Positions 59,806 to 59,897 of a stretch of 59,897 nucleotides of DNA are shown here, one piece after another (position 1 is the stretch's first letter; every line of letters starts with the position of its first letter). Origin of the DNA: an uncultured Woeseia sp. (lineage in GTDB: Bacteria > Pseudomonadota > Gammaproteobacteria > Steroidobacterales > UBA11654). The position numbers and the translations under genes are program-made. The notes beneath the pieces are model-generated. The model was not told the origin of the DNA. It worked only from the letters and a program-made list of their open reading frames with translations, and searched no databases. The stretch lies in the NCBI GenBank assembly GCA_964454905.1, contig CAYVTR010000008.1:1-59897 (forward strand), read 5' to 3'.

Positions 59806-59897
59806 CTAGAACACATAATCCAATGAAAGATTAATTAATCGGCCACGTGGGTCATGAAGTCTAGTATCAAAACTAAAGTCAGGAGAATCATAAAGTA
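59806..59897 (-). CDS. C-terminus of a probable TonB-dependent receptor (partial, window edge)
   Basis: Minus-strand frame LYDSPDFSFDTRLHDPRGRLINLSLDYVF*: DP.GR followed by terminal beta-strand ending Y-x-F. Confidence 0.7.
   Translation of the reverse strand, partial: LYDSPDFSFDTRLHDPRGRLINLSLDYVF

Noticed and set aside
51960-59897. Integrative element at tRNA-Lys
   Set aside because: No integrase and no duplicated tRNA 3' end seen within the window.
1-59897. CRISPR array, IS elements, prophage, rRNA
   Set aside because: No regularly spaced repeats, transposase or phage genes, or rRNA-like sequence were seen by eye.

Overview
AT-rich (roughly 35% GC by eye), gene-dense chromosome segment from a streamlined, probably marine, gammaproteobacterium (SAR86-like in character; the taxonomy is inference). 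It has two parts. The housekeeping core contains pyk, grxD, aceF-lpdA, nth, a split metG, dcd, purMN, hda, proS, pssA, udg, valS-holC-pepA, lptFG, cpoB-queE-queC and tRNA-Lys. Catabolic/accessory blocks surround it: S9 peptidase, BCCT transporter, class II aldolase, aldehyde dehydrogenase, quinohemoprotein ADH, paired amidohydrolases, carboxylesterase, 2OG oxygenase, VOC and LLM enzymes. No integrase, transposase, rRNA or CRISPR array was seen. There are two main candidates for undescribed systems. (1) A prFMN cluster (19230-23624) whose UbiD keeps its cofactor ligands but has lost both catalytic glutamates (IGPHSN instead of EGPFGE), flanked by ubiX, a split-barrel flavin-binding protein, an SDR and a nucleophile-less alpha/beta-hydrolase. 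(2) A two-gene unit (53429-55000) encoding an apparently exported, lipid-anchored HemF-like protein plus a HemJ/DUF2269-like membrane protein. Other oddities are an apparent AUU start for aceF, a ProRS without its editing domain, an orphan HMG-CoA synthase, a Wzi with a repeated acidic tail, a SnoaL-methyltransferase fusion and two unannotated small membrane ORFs. All family calls come from motif recognition by eye, not database searches.
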